Assembly: GCA_945903305.1 (NCBI GenBank)
Contig: CAMDOA010000003.1
Coordinates: forward strand, 2,325-66,324
DNA length: 64,000 nt
Source: Chitinophaga pinensis
GTDB taxonomy: Bacteria > Bacteroidota > Bacteroidia > Chitinophagales > UBA10324
Direction of reading: 5' to 3'
A model generated the notes under the pieces. That model saw only the letters and a list, made by a program, of their open reading frames with translations, was not told the origin of the DNA and did not search any database. Made by a program: the position numbers and the translations under genes. Positions 62,849-64,000 of this stretch are shown here, piece after piece. Each line of letters starts with the position of its first letter. The stretch's first letter is position 1.

Positions 62849-64000
62849 TTACTCAATATCAATAAAACCTGTGTTCGCTTTTTTCTCTTTTGGTTCGCCG
62901 CGCAATCTGGCTTTTATGTTGATGCCTATCATGTACATGGCAGGCACGAGTATGAGTGAAATGAAGGTGGCGAAACTTAAACCGAAGATGATTGTCCATG
63001 AGAGCGGGCCCCAGAAGGCAACACTATCGCCACCGAACCAGATTTTAGGATTTAACTCGGTGAACATGGTTACAAAATCGATGTTCATTCCGACTGCTAA
63101 GGGCAGCAAGCCGAGCATGGTGGCTGTGGCGGTGAGTATTACGGGAGTCATGCGGGTGCGGCCGGCTTCAATAATTGCTTCGCGTGCTTTCATGCCTTGC
63201 GAGCGCAGTAGATCGGTGAATTCGATAATTAGTATTCCATTTCGGACGACAATGCCTGCGAGCGCTACTATTCCTACTCCGGTCATTACTACTGAGAATG
63301 CCATGCCTGTAATGGCGATGCCGAGCAGTACGCCAATGATGCTGAATAAAATTTCGCTGAGTATGATGAGTGTTTTTCCGAATGAATTAAATTGTATTAC
63401 AAGTATTAACACCATCAATAAAATTGAAAGCATTAATGCAGTACCGAGAAAGGCACCGGTTTCTTTTTGTTCTTCTAACTCGCCGGTGAGGTTGATGGTT
63501 ACATCTTTTGGCAATTTATAATTTGATGCAGCGGCTGTAACATTGCCTACAACTTCCTGTGCATTAAAGTTGGTTAAAATATTTGAGTAAACTGTTACTA
63601 CCCGCTTTTGATTTCTTCTTGTAATGCCGCCATAAGTATTGGTGTATCGGACGCTTGCGACTGAACTTAATGGGACACTGCGAATGGCACCGCCCATATT
63701 CATATCGCGGTAGGTGATTTTTAAATTCAAGAGTTCGGTTATGTTGTTTCGTTGTTCATCGTTCAAGCGCATCATGATGGGGTATTCATCATTGGCTTCC
63801 TTAAATTTTGAAACTTCTTTTCCGTACAATGAATTTCGCAATGCCATTCCGATTTGTGCCGTGCTGATGCCTTCGCGGTTTGCGCGTTCGCGGTCAATGT
63901 CAATTACTACTTCGGGTTTGCTGACTACTAAATCTGATTTTAATTCTTCGACTCCGGGAATCTGTAATGAATCGAGGTAGTGAATCATTCCTTGTGAAAC
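62849..64000 (-). CDS. AcrB/HAE1-type RND efflux permease, C-terminal part (gene continues beyond the window)
   Basis: The frame is open to the window edge. The C-terminal TM bundle carries GVGIVALAGIVVRNGILIIEF, AIIEAGRTRMTPVILTATATMLGLLPLA and WGPLSWTIIFGL. Confidence 0.85.
   Translation of the reverse strand, partial: VSQGMIHYLDSLQIPGVEELKSDLVVSKPEVVIDIDRERANREGISTAQIGMALRNSLYGKEVSKFKEANDEYPIMMRLNDEQRNNITELLNLKITYRDMNMGGAIRSVPLSSVASVRYTNTYGGITRRNQKRVVTVYSNILTNFNAQEVVGNVTAAASNYKLPKDVTINLTGELEEQKETGAFLGTALMLSILLMVLILVIQFNSFGKTLIILSEILFSIIGVLLGIAITGMAFSVVMTGVGIVALAGIVVRNGILIIEFTDLLRSQGMKAREAIIEAGRTRMTPVILTATATMLGLLPLAVGMNIDFVTMFTELNPKIWFGGDSVAFWGPLSWTIIFGLSFATFISLILVPAMYMIGINIKARLRGEPKEKKANTGFIDIE

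Overview
The window looks like a low-GC Bacteroidota chromosome segment, judged from the gliding/T9SS genes, T9SS C-terminal sorting domains and Bacteroidetes-type polysaccharide genes. All product calls come from motif and architecture recognition by eye; no database search was run.

Gene content from left to right:
- 1-1067: 3' part of uvrC.
- 1.1-7.1 kb, minus strand: complete T9SS/gliding core operon porP-gldK-gldL-gldM-gldN.
- 7-19 kb: housekeeping genes, namely a DUF255 thioredoxin-domain protein, a HemD-like protein, a DUF4271-like protein, an Omp85-family protein, hemW, a HerA-like DUF853 ATPase, an S41 peptidase, murQ and a hypothetical.
- 19.3-39.4 kb: a roughly 20 kb surface-polysaccharide/O-antigen locus. 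It holds a CapD dehydratase, methyltransferase, PglC-like transferase, DegT aminotransferase, O-antigen ligase-like protein, GT2, wecB, asnB-like gene, GT4, Wzy-like protein, two tandem Wzx flippases, an oxidoreductase, a possible Wzi barrel, a WbaP-type initiating transferase and a DUF1972 glycosyltransferase.
- 39.5-50.4 kb: APC permease, proline dehydrogenase, DAHP synthase/chorismate mutase, methylmalonyl-CoA mutase-family large subunit, MazG, and two beta-propeller surface proteins.
- 50.5-57.25 kb, minus strand: heavy-metal RND efflux operon with two His-rich small proteins, czcB-like, czcA-like and tolC-like genes.

The most unusual stretch starts right after that operon, at about 57.3-60.5 kb, with related repeats out to 62.85 kb. 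It is visibly more GC-rich, gene-poor and dense in repeats. It contains:
- two 51-bp tandem units, each with a perfect 9-bp-stem palindrome;
- an exactly phased array of at least 11 x 22-bp direct repeats, iteron- or centromere-like, with no ORF;
- an orphan 316-aa ORF bracketed by identical copies of a hairpin mini-element, one copy carrying a nested insertion;
- a 169-aa protein made of two tandem HTH modules;
- a start-less relic of a T9SS C-terminal domain;
- a 21-bp direct-repeat pair around a three-helix candidate RNA leader, upstream of a membrane SpoIIE/PP2C phosphatase gene.

No tRNA, rRNA, CRISPR array, transposase, integrase or reverse transcriptase was recognised. The window ends inside an AcrB-type RND permease gene (minus strand).
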